DNA of 64,000 nucleotides from an uncultured Fibrobacterota bacterium (lineage in GTDB: Bacteria; Fibrobacterota; Chitinivibrionia; Chitinivibrionales; FEN-1185), in the NCBI GenBank assembly GCA_963753345.1, contig CAVWBU010000032.1, forward strand, positions 96,001 through 160,000, read 5' to 3'. The notes beneath the pieces were generated by a model. The model was not told the origin of the DNA. It saw only the letters and a list, made by a program, of their open reading frames with translations, and did no database searches. The position numbers and the translations under genes were made by a program. This document shows positions 28,270 through 37,633 of this stretch, piece after piece. Each line of letters opens with the position of its first letter. Positions within the stretch are counted from its first letter, which is position 1.

Positions 28270-29334
28270 ATGAAAGTCCTCTACTACATCACCTCACACG
28301 GTTACGGCCATGCGGTGCGGTCCGCCGCAATTTGCAACCTCCTGTCGGCCCGTACCGAGGTGGTGTTCCGCACCACCGTTCCCCGGCGGTTCTTCGAGGA
28401 GGAAGTAAAACGTCCGTTCACCTGCGCGCCCGCCGAGTTCGACTGCGGGTGCATTCAGACCGACGGCGTCACGGTCGATGAAGAAAAAACGCTCTATCGC
28501 TACCGCGAGATCGCGCGAGCAAACGCGCGCCTTTTGAACAAGGAAGCCGCGTGGTGCGCAACGAACGGGGTTTCCGTCATCGCAAGCGACATCGTTCCCT
28601 TTGCGTTCGAGGTCGCCCGGACGGCGGGCATCCCGTCGGTCGCAACCACGAATTTTACCTGGCACACCATTTACGAGGAATACGCGTCGCGGGCGCCGTG
28701 GTTCTCGCCGGAACTTGACAAGATAAGAGAACAGCATTCCGCCGCCGACCTCCTCCTGGCCATGTTCCCCGCGAACCCGATGCCGTACTTTGCGAACAGG
28801 AAAGACGTCGGCCCGGTGGGCCGCCGGGGGGCGGATGTGCGCAACCGCCTTCTCGACGAGGCCGGCGCAGGTCCCGACCGGAACGTGGGGCTTATCTACG
28901 CGGGCAACTTCGGCATGGACGGCGTCCAATGGCGGGCGCTGGAGAAGTTCGGCGATTGGGAATTTTTCGGGTTGTATCCTCTCAAGGATGCGCCCGCCAA
29001 TTACCACCGCATTTCGAAACGCGCCTTTCGCTACCAGGACTGCATCGCGTCGGCCGACGTCATGATCGCCAAGCTCGGCTACGGCACCTGCGCGGAATGT
29101 TTCATCAACGGCCTGCCTATCGTCTACCTGCCGCGAGAGGGGTTCGCCGAATTCCCCGTTCTGCATGCGGCCGTGACCGACTGGGGCCACGGCTACCTTC
29201 TGTCAAGAGAGGACTTTTACGGCCTTGCCTGGGGTGATGCGCTCGGCCGTGCAACAAAGCGGGGCAGGCCCGCGGTAGTGGCCCCGGACGGCGCGCTCGC
29301 GTGTGCGCGGGAGATCGAACGGCTCGTGAGGTAG
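28270..29334 (+). CDS. GT-B glycosyltransferase-like protein
   Basis: YYITSHGYGHAVRS, NFTW and KLGYGTCAEC motifs. Confidence 0.8.
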   Translation: MKVLYYITSHGYGHAVRSAAICNLLSARTEVVFRTTVPRRFFEEEVKRPFTCAPAEFDCGCIQTDGVTVDEEKTLYRYREIARANARLLNKEAAWCATNGVSVIASDIVPFAFEVARTAGIPSVATTNFTWHTIYEEYASRAPWFSPELDKIREQHSAADLLLAMFPANPMPYFANRKDVGPVGRRGADVRNRLLDEAGAGPDRNVGLIYAGNFGMDGVQWRALEKFGDWEFFGLYPLKDAPANYHRISKRAFRYQDCIASADVMIAKLGYGTCAECFINGLPIVYLPREGFAEFPVLHAAVTDWGHGYLLSREDFYGLAWGDALGRATKRGRPAVVAPDGALACAREIERLVR

Positions 29335-29420
29335 GTCAGAAGCGAACGCGCATGCAAAGGACAAGAAAAAGCTTGTGAAATCAAAAATTCGCATGTATAC
29401 TTTTATTGGAGGAAAAAACC

Positions 29421-29651
29421 ATGATGAGCACTGTTACCACACGCGGCCAGACCGCCATTCCCGCCGCAATCCGCCGGCGGTATAATATCAAACCGCAGAG
29501 CCGTATCGAATGGATCGACGACGGCCACAGCATTGCGGTGGTCCCGGTTTCCGAAGATGCCGTGAAGTCATTGCGGGGAAGATTCCGGCATTTCAACCTG
29601 AGCGCTGCGCTTGCCGGTCTGCGCAGGGAAGAGCGGCGGCGTGGCAGATAA
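29421..29651 (+). CDS. AbrB/MazE/SpoVT-family antitoxin
   Basis: STVTTRGQTAIPAAIRRRYNI motif; overlaps the PIN gene. Confidence 0.88.
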   Translation: MMSTVTTRGQTAIPAAIRRRYNIKPQSRIEWIDDGHSIAVVPVSEDAVKSLRGRFRHFNLSAALAGLRREERRRGR

Positions 29652-30066
29652 GGCGTTCGTGCTGGACACGTCGGCGCTTCTGGCTTTTGTTCAGAATGAA
29701 GCCGGCGCCGAAAGGGTCGACCAGATCCTCAGGGCCGGCAGGAAGCGTGACTGCGGCGTCTTCATTTCGTTTGTGTCAATGGCCGAGCTATACTACGTTT
29801 CGTGGCGGGAGGCCGGGCGCTCGGCCGCGTTGGAGCTCATTGTCAACGTGAAGGCCCTTCCGGTCACCATCATCGAGTCGGCCGAAAGGCTTACCCTGCT
29901 TGCGGGAAGCATAAAGGCCACCTCTCGTCTTTCTCTGGCCGATGCCTTCATTGCGGCCACAGCGTCGCATATCGGCGGAATTCTTGTGCACAAGGATCCG
30001 GAATTCGAACAGGTTGAAAACCTGGTTGCAACGGAACAACTGCCGTACAAGAAATCAACCCGCTGA
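29641..30066 (+). CDS. vapC: PIN-domain VapC toxin
   Basis: FVLDTSAL, E(L)YY, LSLADAF and HKDPEF motifs. Confidence 0.88.
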   Translation: MADKAFVLDTSALLAFVQNEAGAERVDQILRAGRKRDCGVFISFVSMAELYYVSWREAGRSAALELIVNVKALPVTIIESAERLTLLAGSIKATSRLSLADAFIAATASHIGGILVHKDPEFEQVENLVATEQLPYKKSTR

Positions 30067-30071
30067 GCCAA

Positions 30072-31133
30072 GTGGCGGAGGTCCATCCCGTGCCTCGAAT
30101 AACCTTCCCTTCCTCCGAGTACCGGCTCCTCGAATCCCTCAAGCCTTTCCTTAACTACAGGAAGAACGCCCGGTACCCGGTTGGCATCGGCGACGATGCT
30201 GCAGTGCGCACCTGTTCGAAGGGCGAAAGGCTTGTCATCACCGCAGATTCATTTGTCCAAGATGTGCATTTCAGGCTTTCGTACATGACGCTTGAAGAGG
30301 TGGGGTACAAGGCAGCGGCGATCAACCTGAGTGATTGCGCGGCCGTGGCCGCGGTGCCCGACGGCGCGCTTGTCCAGGTCATCTTCCCGAAGACTCTGAA
30401 CAAAGGACAAATCGGTGACGGGATTAGACAGCTTTACAAAGGGCTTAACAGTGCGTGCAGAAAATGGGATTTTCCGATTGTGGGCGGCAATTTGTCCGCA
30501 GGACCATGCTGGATTATCGACATAACGCTGCTTGGCAGACAGGGAAAATCAGGCCGGCTGCTTTTGCGAACCGGAGCGAAGAAGGGCGATGGGCTCTGGG
30601 TGACGGGTACGCCGGGCGATTCCGCTGCAGGCCTCGCCGCTCTCAAGAAGTGGGGACGACGCCATGTGCCGGCAAGGTTCAAAACGCTGGTGTTGCGCCA
30701 TATCCGGCCTCAACCGCGCATCGAAATCGGCCGCGCGCTCGGCGGCGATCGCAGGGTGCATGCGCTCATCGATGTCTCCGACGGCATTTCCAAGGACAGC
30801 CGCACGTTGTCGTTTGAAAACGGGCTGGGGATTGAACTCGTTGGCGAGCCGGCCTGCGTTTCGCCCGCCGCCCGCCGCCTTGCAAAGGTGCTGGACGTTG
30901 ACTGGCGAGAATGGTATCTGAACGGCGGCGAGGACTACGAACTTATGTTTGCCGCCGCGCCCGAATTTGATCCGCGCATGATTGCCGCCCGATGTAACGT
31001 CCCGCTCACGCGCATCGGCACGTTTGTCGCGCACACCCAAGGAGTGCTGCTACGACACGCGGATGGCGGCACCTGTCGCCCGGGCCGGGGCGGGTGGGAT
31101 CATCTCCGGAAGGACATTCTTCAACAGACGTGA
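30072..31133 (+). CDS. thiL: Thiamine-monophosphate kinase
   Basis: GIGDDAA, VHF, NLSD, IDVSDG and GGEDYEL motifs. Confidence 0.95.
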   Translation: MAEVHPVPRITFPSSEYRLLESLKPFLNYRKNARYPVGIGDDAAVRTCSKGERLVITADSFVQDVHFRLSYMTLEEVGYKAAAINLSDCAAVAAVPDGALVQVIFPKTLNKGQIGDGIRQLYKGLNSACRKWDFPIVGGNLSAGPCWIIDITLLGRQGKSGRLLLRTGAKKGDGLWVTGTPGDSAAGLAALKKWGRRHVPARFKTLVLRHIRPQPRIEIGRALGGDRRVHALIDVSDGISKDSRTLSFENGLGIELVGEPACVSPAARRLAKVLDVDWREWYLNGGEDYELMFAAAPEFDPRMIAARCNVPLTRIGTFVAHTQGVLLRHADGGTCRPGRGGWDHLRKDILQQT

Positions 31134-31278
31134 CTCCTCCCTGATCCGACCGAAGGCCGGACTGCCTTACCATGAAGAACGAAGTGACGATCCCCGCCGC
31201 GTGGGGCGGCGTTCCTCAAGAACGCGGATCGGATCAACACACTACCATCCGCCAACCTGGTAATGTATTTTTGAAAAC

Positions 31279-33171
31279 ATGATGCAACGACGGCGAAAGA
31301 AACTGGGTGAAATCCTCATCGCCCAGGGAATGATCACCAACGAGCAGCTGGTGGAAGCCCTGCAGGTGCACAAGCGCACGGGCGTAAGCCTCGGCACCGT
31401 GCTGGTGAACCTCGGCTACATTTCCGAAGAAGACCTCACCGGAACCCTGGGCGCCCAGATCCAGCTCGAGCAGCGCAAGCGGATCGGCGAAATCCTCATC
31501 GACCAGGGGCTTATCAACCAGGATCAACTGCAACAGGGGCTCGAAGAACAGAAAAAGACCGGGCAGCCGATAGGAAAATGCCTCATCGGGCTGAAATTAA
31601 TCTCCGAAGACAAGCTCGTGGACGCCCTGTCGGCCCAGCTTGACATCCAGCGCGTCGTGCTCGAGAATTTCAATTTCGACCGCGACCTTGTCACCCGCAT
31701 TCCCGAGGACATGGCCCGGCGCTACAAGGCGATTACGCTCTTTGAGAGAGACGGCATTCTCACCGTTGCTTTGGCCGACCCCTCCAACCTGCGCACCATA
31801 GACCATTTCAAATTCAAGACCGGCAAGGAAATCGATCCGGTCATCGCGACCGAGAAGAGCATCATGGCCGCGATCGAAAAGAATTATTCCACCAGCGTGC
31901 AGCAGATGTCCGAACTGCTCGGCTCGGTGCATGTTGACGAACTGGACGTGGTGAAACACGAGGAGGAGGAGGAGGAGGGCGGCGGGCTCACCGACGAGGA
32001 AGGCAAGCAGATCGTAAAGCTCGTCAACCTCATCATCACCCAGGCGGTGAACGAAAACGCGTCCGATATCCACATCGAGCCCATGGACGCCTATGTCCGG
32101 CTCCGGTATCGCATCGACGGCGAGCTTGAGGAGAAGAACCCGATTCCGCTCCCGCTGCGCGCGCAGATCACGTCGCGCCTCAAGATTATGGCCGGCATGG
32201 ACATCGCCGAGAAACGCAAGCCACAGGACGGCCACATCGAGATACGCCACCAGGGCCGCAACATCGACTTCCGCGTGTCAACGTTCCCGGTCATGACCCG
32301 CACCAGGGGCGTCAACGAGAAAATGGTGCTGCGTATCATAGACCAGCAGGCGCATCAGCTCACGCTCGACCAGCTCGGCTTTCTGCCGGGCATGCTCAAG
32401 CAGTTCGATGACCTCGTGCGGGGATCCGACGGCATCATTCTGGTCACCGGCCCCACGGGAAGCGGCAAGAGCAGTACGCTGTACGCTTCGCTCGCTCGCG
32501 TCACCCAATTCTACGAAAACCGGAAGAACATCGTCACCATGGAAGACCCGGTGGAATTCGTTCTCGACGGCGTGAACCAGGGACAGATCAACGTCAAGGC
32601 CGGATTCAACTTCGACGACGGCATGCGGTCCATTCTGCGACAGGACCCGGACATTGTGATGGTGGGAGAAATGCGCGACAAGCAGACGTGCGAGATGGCG
32701 ATCCAGGCCGCGCTCACCGGCCACATGGTGTATTCCACGCTCCACACCAACGACTCCGCGAGCGCGTTCACCCGTCTTCTCGACATGGGCATCGAGCCGT
32801 TCCTCATCTGTTCCACCGTGCGCGGAGTGCTCGCGCAGCGTCTCGTGAGGAGGATCTGTTCAAAATGCAAGGAGACGTACAGCGAGGATCCCGAAGTGCT
32901 GGAAAAGCTCGGCCTCAAGCCCGGCATCACTCTTTACAAAGGGAAAGGCTGCCGGGTCTGCAACAACAGCGGATACAAGGGCCGCACCGGCATCTACGAG
33001 CTCCTTGTCCCCGATTCGACGGTCAAGAAGATGATCATCGAGCACAGGACGTCCGACGACATCAAGGATTACGCCGTCGAAAAGGGCGGTTTCGACACGC
33101 TACGGAAGGACGGCCTGCGCAAGTGCGCCGACGGCGTCACCACATTGGAACAGGTGCTGGGAGCGTCCTAG
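31279..33171 (+). CDS. PilB/GspE-family pilus or secretion ATPase with tandem MshEN-like N-terminal domains
   Basis: ASDIHIEP, GPTGSGKS, EDPVE, LRQDPD, STLHTND and a tetracysteine motif. Confidence 0.93.
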   Translation: MMQRRRKKLGEILIAQGMITNEQLVEALQVHKRTGVSLGTVLVNLGYISEEDLTGTLGAQIQLEQRKRIGEILIDQGLINQDQLQQGLEEQKKTGQPIGKCLIGLKLISEDKLVDALSAQLDIQRVVLENFNFDRDLVTRIPEDMARRYKAITLFERDGILTVALADPSNLRTIDHFKFKTGKEIDPVIATEKSIMAAIEKNYSTSVQQMSELLGSVHVDELDVVKHEEEEEEGGGLTDEEGKQIVKLVNLIITQAVNENASDIHIEPMDAYVRLRYRIDGELEEKNPIPLPLRAQITSRLKIMAGMDIAEKRKPQDGHIEIRHQGRNIDFRVSTFPVMTRTRGVNEKMVLRIIDQQAHQLTLDQLGFLPGMLKQFDDLVRGSDGIILVTGPTGSGKSSTLYASLARVTQFYENRKNIVTMEDPVEFVLDGVNQGQINVKAGFNFDDGMRSILRQDPDIVMVGEMRDKQTCEMAIQAALTGHMVYSTLHTNDSASAFTRLLDMGIEPFLICSTVRGVLAQRLVRRICSKCKETYSEDPEVLEKLGLKPGITLYKGKGCRVCNNSGYKGRTGIYELLVPDSTVKKMIIEHRTSDDIKDYAVEKGGFDTLRKDGLRKCADGVTTLEQVLGAS

Positions 33172-33172
33172 A

Positions 33173-35395
33173 ATGACTAGCGGTGTTTCCCGCACCCCGC
33201 TGCTGGAAAAAATAGCTCTCAATCCCGTGCAGAAAGAGGCCGTGCTGTACGATCTGGGCCCCCAGCTCGTGTTCGCGGGCGCGGGCACGGGAAAGACAAG
33301 GGTTCTCACCGCGAAGATCGCCTGGCTCATCCGGCACAAGAACGTCGCCCCCGGCCGCATATTCGCCGCGACGTTCACCAACAAGGCCGCGCGCGAAATG
33401 CAGCGCCGCGTCGAGGACCTCGCGGACCTGCCGTGCGCAGGTCTGTGGATAGGAACCTTTCACTCGCTGTGCGCCCGGATCCTGCGCAGGGAAGCGGGGC
33501 GCCTGGGTTTTCCCCCGTGGTTCTCCATTTTCGACGCCGACGACCAGCTTGCATGCGTAAAGAAGCTCGCCAGGGCGCTGTCGCTCGACGAGCGCACCAT
33601 GCCGCCGCGCCTCGTGCTTTCGGCGATATCGCGGTACAAAAACGCCTGCGTCCCTCCTGCGGGCCTTGCCGGAACGGGAGCAAGCTTCTTCGAATCGGCA
33701 ATCATCCGCGCCTACGGCGCGTACCAGGAAAGCCTGCGCGCGCAGCAGGCCATGGACTTTGACGATCTTTTGTCGAATTGCGTGTACCTGCTGCGGGACA
33801 ACCCGGACGTTCTGCAGAAGTATCAATCGTCCTTTTCGCATGTTCTTGTGGACGAATACCAGGACACCAACACGGCGCAATTGCATCTTGTAAAGCTGCT
33901 CGGCGCTGCCCACGGCAACGTGTTCGTGGTGGGCGACGACGACCAGAGCATCTACGCGTGGCGCGGGGCGCAGGTGGAGAACATCCTCACGTTCGAAAAG
34001 GCGTTCCCCGGCACAAAGACGTTCACCCTGGAGCAGAACTACCGCTCCACTGGCCCGGTACTCTCCTTTGCCAATGCCGCCATCGAGCCGAACACCGTGC
34101 GGGCGAAGAAACGGCTCTGGACGGGACGGCAAGGGGGCTTGCCGGTGGCGGTGGTCCGCTATCGCGACGACCGGCACGAATCGGAATCGGTGTGCGACGC
34201 CGTGAACAAATGCGTGCAGGAGGGCGCACGGTCCGGCGACATCGCGGTGCTCTTCAGGACCAACGCGCAGTCGCGGCTGTTTGAGGACTCCATGCGCAAG
34301 CGCCGCATCCCCTATGTGCTTGTGGGCGGGACAAGTTTTTACGAGCGCCGGGAGATCAAGGACTGCCTCGCGTACCTGCGGCTGTGCGTCAACCCGAAGG
34401 ACGACGTCTGCTGCCAGCGGATCGTCAACGTCCCGCCGCGCGGTATGGGCGACAAGGCCAGGGAACGGCTCGAGGCGCGAAGCCGCGAACTGGGGAAGTC
34501 CCTTCTCCAGACCGTTCTTGACGATCCGGAAACGGCCGCGTACGGCCGCGGCCAGAAGGGGCTCTTGGACCTGCGCGAAACATTCACCCTGCTTGCAGAC
34601 CTCATTGCGCAACACGAATCACCCGCCGAAGTGCTCACGCAAATGCTGTCGCTCACCGATTATCTCACCATGTTCGAGGGCGAGGATTCCGAGGAGGCGG
34701 AGAGCCGGATCGACAACGTGAGCGAACTGGTGAACGCCGTGTCGTTCTGGACGGAGGAGAATGCCGGGAAGGGTCTTTCGGATTTCCTCGAGGAGATATC
34801 GCTCGCATCGGATGTGGACCGCTGGGAGCAGAAGGCCGATTCGGTGAACCTCATGACGCTCCACTGCGCAAAGGGGCTCGAATTCGGGAGGGTGTTTATT
34901 GTCGGGTGCGAAGACGGCATTCTGCCGTCGCGGCAAAACTTCGACGACAGCGCCAAGATCGAGGAGGAGCGGAGGCTCTTCTACGTGGGCATCACCAGGG
35001 CCATGGACGGGCTGGCGGTGTCGCATGCCGACCAGCGGTGGCGTTTCGGCAGCTGCATCCCGCAGACGCCGTCGCGGTTCTTGGCGGCGATTCCGCGGGA
35101 ACTGTATGAGTATATTGACAAAAGCGGAGTGTATGCGGGCGAGGAAAAGAAGCCTCTCAAGGAGCGTTTCCGCGAACCTGCTTCGGAAAGCCAGGAACCC
35201 GCGTACCGTCACGAGGATTTTTCGCAGGAAACCGTGCAGTTCCGTATGGGACAGCACGTGCAGCACAAGCTGTACGGCAGAGGAAAAATCGTGAACCTGA
35301 GCGGGTTCGGCGACGATATGCGGATCATCGTGCTGTTCAACGACGGCGCGCGGAGGAAGATGATGGCGAAATTCGCGGACCTGGAGACATCGTAG
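33173..35395 (+). CDS. uvrD: UvrD/PcrA ATP-dependent DNA helicase
   Basis: AGAGTGKT, TFTNKAA, VDEYQD, LEQNYRS, TLHCAKGLEF and EERRLFYVGITRA motifs. Confidence 0.93.
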   Translation: MTSGVSRTPLLEKIALNPVQKEAVLYDLGPQLVFAGAGTGKTRVLTAKIAWLIRHKNVAPGRIFAATFTNKAAREMQRRVEDLADLPCAGLWIGTFHSLCARILRREAGRLGFPPWFSIFDADDQLACVKKLARALSLDERTMPPRLVLSAISRYKNACVPPAGLAGTGASFFESAIIRAYGAYQESLRAQQAMDFDDLLSNCVYLLRDNPDVLQKYQSSFSHVLVDEYQDTNTAQLHLVKLLGAAHGNVFVVGDDDQSIYAWRGAQVENILTFEKAFPGTKTFTLEQNYRSTGPVLSFANAAIEPNTVRAKKRLWTGRQGGLPVAVVRYRDDRHESESVCDAVNKCVQEGARSGDIAVLFRTNAQSRLFEDSMRKRRIPYVLVGGTSFYERREIKDCLAYLRLCVNPKDDVCCQRIVNVPPRGMGDKARERLEARSRELGKSLLQTVLDDPETAAYGRGQKGLLDLRETFTLLADLIAQHESPAEVLTQMLSLTDYLTMFEGEDSEEAESRIDNVSELVNAVSFWTEENAGKGLSDFLEEISLASDVDRWEQKADSVNLMTLHCAKGLEFGRVFIVGCEDGILPSRQNFDDSAKIEEERRLFYVGITRAMDGLAVSHADQRWRFGSCIPQTPSRFLAAIPRELYEYIDKSGVYAGEEKKPLKERFREPASESQEPAYRHEDFSQETVQFRMGQHVQHKLYGRGKIVNLSGFGDDMRIIVLFNDGARRKMMAKFADLETS

Positions 35396-35424
35396 GGGAA
35401 AAGCGTATTTCTCTTTTGGCTCGT

Positions 35425-35527
35425 TCAACCTCATCCCCCGGCCCCTTCTCCCACAAGGAGAAGGGGGAAAGAATTATTTTCTAATATAACGCACCTCCCC
35501 GTGGGAGAGGGGAAGGGGTGAGGTTGA
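35425..35527. repeat. REP-like inverted doublet
   Basis: TCAACCTCATCCCC…CCCCTTCTCC-caca-AGGAGAAGGGG, closed by an inverted partner ending GGGGTGAGGTTGA. Confidence 0.7.
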
Positions 35528-35558
35528 GGGGAAAACCTTTTCAGAAGCGGGCATTTTT

Positions 35559-35846
35559 ATGATAGACAAAGAACATGTCAAGCACATTGCCAACCTTTCC
35601 CGCTTGTCACTTTCGGATGCCGAGACCGAAGCGTTCACCCATCAACTCGCCTCGATCATCGGCTACATGGATCAGCTTAACAAAGCGGACACTTCTGGCG
35701 TGGAGCCCACCGCGTTCATCGCGCCCGCCCGCGACCCCATGCGCGAAGATGCCGAAACACCCTCGCTGCCCCGTGAAAAGCTGCTTGCCAACGGCCCCAA
35801 AGTCAAGAACGGGCATTTTGCGGTGCCGAAGGTTATTAATCAATAA
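35559..35846 (+). CDS. gatC: Asp/Glu-tRNA amidotransferase subunit C
   Basis: HIANLSRL, GVEPT, REDA and FAVPKVI motifs. Confidence 0.95.
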   Translation: MIDKEHVKHIANLSRLSLSDAETEAFTHQLASIIGYMDQLNKADTSGVEPTAFIAPARDPMREDAETPSLPREKLLANGPKVKNGHFAVPKVINQ

Positions 35847-35865
35847 TCAATAACATACAGCAGAT

Positions 35866-36022
35866 TTGGGCGTTCCCCTCCCCCTCGACAAAGCTCGGGG
35901 TCGGGTCGGTTCTCCTTCCGGTCTCGGCCTTCGGCCTCGGGCCGCCTCGGCCCTATGCCGCGTGGCGCGGCGGGTCCGGGCGGCATCCCACTTTGGCGGG
36001 ACCTCCAGTCGCCCCTAACGCG
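35866..36022 (-). repeat. Structured intergenic repeat, module A copy 3 (inverted)
   Basis: Reverse complement CGCGTTAGGGGCGACTGGAGG…GAGACCGGAAGGAGAACCGACCC…GGGGAACGCCCAA; closest to 62231-62398. Confidence 0.9.
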
Positions 36023-36160
36023 AAAACCAAAACAACAACTGGAAGCTGGGTTTTTTTTATTGCCGCGCGCAGTATACCAATGAAGTTGCAGAAAGCGTCA
36101 TTGCGAGTGCTTGGAATTCCAGGTGGCGCAAAGATGTAATTGACTTAACGGATTTCTTCT

Positions 36161-36306
36161 GCCGCGCGCTAGGCAGGACCGGAGTGGTCCCGCCGTAGCG
36201 GGATTGCCGGCCGACCCCTCGCCGAAGGCGACTAGGGGCGGACCGGCAACGAGGCGAACAGCCGAGCCCGGAGGGAGGGCCGCCGCTGCGAAGCAGCGGG
36301 GCGCCC
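36161..36306 (+). repeat. Structured intergenic repeat, module A copy 4
   Basis: GCCGCGCGCTAGG…TTGCCGGCCGACCC…CCGGCAACGAGGCGAACAGCCGAGCCCG…GGGGCGCCC. Confidence 0.88.
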
Positions 36307-36331
36307 GATTCTTTTTCTTTGAGCTATTTAT

Positions 36332-36817
36332 TTATCCTAAGTGATTAAACTCCGCATTCTCCAGAAATTCCTTCGGCTCGTTGACAAACTCAAGAAGATG
36401 CTCCACCAGGTGCTCGTGTTTCTGCTCTTCGACGATAAGAAACTGCAGCGCCTTCTTGTCGTCCTTCGAGGAGGCCTTGGAGAGCATGTCGGAGTACAGC
36501 GAGATGCTTTTGGTTTCCAATTCAAGCGCCTTGCCGTAGGCCTGGGCGTAATCGTAGACCGCCTGAGGGAGAACAAACTGCTCCGCGAGACCGGCAAAAA
36601 TGCGCTTCGCCTCCGCCGACGCGGTGCCCGGCTGGGGCGCCCCCGGGGCTTTTTTCTTTTGTTGCCATTCGTTAAAAAGGTCAAAATGCTTCTGCTCCTC
36701 CGAGGCCAAAACCGCAAAGATCCCGGCCAACGCCTTGAACGGAGATTCCGCCCCGAGCTTTTCGTAGTATGCTTTGCCTTCCAGTTCGATGCCCTTTGCG
36801 AGTTCAAGAGGGTCCAT
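36332..36817 (-). CDS. Ferritin-like/rubrerythrin-family protein
   Basis: Two E…EExxH diiron half-motifs (EEQKH twice). Confidence 0.88.
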   Translation of the reverse strand: MDPLELAKGIELEGKAYYEKLGAESPFKALAGIFAVLASEEQKHFDLFNEWQQKKKAPGAPQPGTASAEAKRIFAGLAEQFVLPQAVYDYAQAYGKALELETKSISLYSDMLSKASSKDDKKALQFLIVEEQKHEHLVEHLLEFVNEPKEFLENAEFNHLG

Positions 36818-36829
36818 TGATGTTCCTTG

Positions 36830-37372
36830 CTATTGAAGAGTGATGGTTTTCTTTTCCACGTCGATGTGTTTGTCCTTGAAATTTGCGGTCGCGCCCGCGG
36901 CAAAAATGACCTTGACCTTCGCGCCCACGGAAAGTTTTACGTCCTTGGGGTCGCCGCTGTCAAGCGGAATGGTGAATGAGAACTCAGTCACCCCGTTGAC
37001 CTGTTTGCAGTCCGCGCTCAGGATATCGTTTTTTCCACCTATGGCCGTGTCCGGTTTGTGCGACACGTCGCTCACGCCGTATTCGTCGGACGAGACCGTC
37101 TTGCCGTTCACCAGCGCGCCCATGATCATGTTCGCGCCTTTCATCATGCTTGTGGGGTTGAAGCCGACGGCAACCCAGCCTTTTGTCGGGTACGTCACCT
37201 GAGCGCGCAGGTTGGCGCCGTCGACCTTGTATGCAAAAGTAAACTTGCCGGCCTTGACCGTTGTGTACGGTGTTTCCTTGGCCGTGGCGGCGGCCGAATC
37301 GCCGGCCGCGTTCGCGAGAAAAACAGCGGCGCAGATCAGCACAACGACCGATGCCGTTCGAGCAAGTGTCAT
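36830..37372 (-). CDS. Exported DOMON domain protein
   Basis: Signal peptide; GWVAVGF…MMKGANMIMG and a C-terminal His. Confidence 0.85.
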   Translation of the reverse strand: MTLARTASVVVLICAAVFLANAAGDSAAATAKETPYTTVKAGKFTFAYKVDGANLRAQVTYPTKGWVAVGFNPTSMMKGANMIMGALVNGKTVSSDEYGVSDVSHKPDTAIGGKNDILSADCKQVNGVTEFSFTIPLDSGDPKDVKLSVGAKVKVIFAAGATANFKDKHIDVEKKTITLQ

Positions 37373-37375
37373 GTG

Positions 37376-37609
37376 CTATTTCTTCTTCCTGAAAAAGGTT
37401 GATTTTACCCACGACCAGTTGAGAACAACATGGATGATGATGAGAGCGACAAAAGTATAGCCCGTGTACAGGTGCACCTGGCGGACCATGCCGAACGGAA
37501 TCGACTCCGCGAAAAGCGACATCATCACCCCCGTAACGGCCTGGGCAACGGCGACAACCGCCAAAACGGGATTGGTGATTCTGAGCGCGACAACCTTTGT
37601 GAAAGCCAC
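37376..37609 (-). CDS. DUF4405-like small membrane protein
   Basis: Hydrophobic helices with VHLYTG and IHVVLNWSWV. Confidence 0.75.
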   Translation of the reverse strand: MAFTKVVALRITNPVLAVVAVAQAVTGVMMSLFAESIPFGMVRQVHLYTGYTFVALIIIHVVLNWSWVKSTFFRKKK

Positions 37610-37633
37610 AAGTTCTCCTTTCGCAAATCGGCC

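Noticed and set aside
29990-30072. TPP riboswitch ahead of thiL
   Set aside because: The region is vapC coding sequence and lacks the TPP aptamer consensus.
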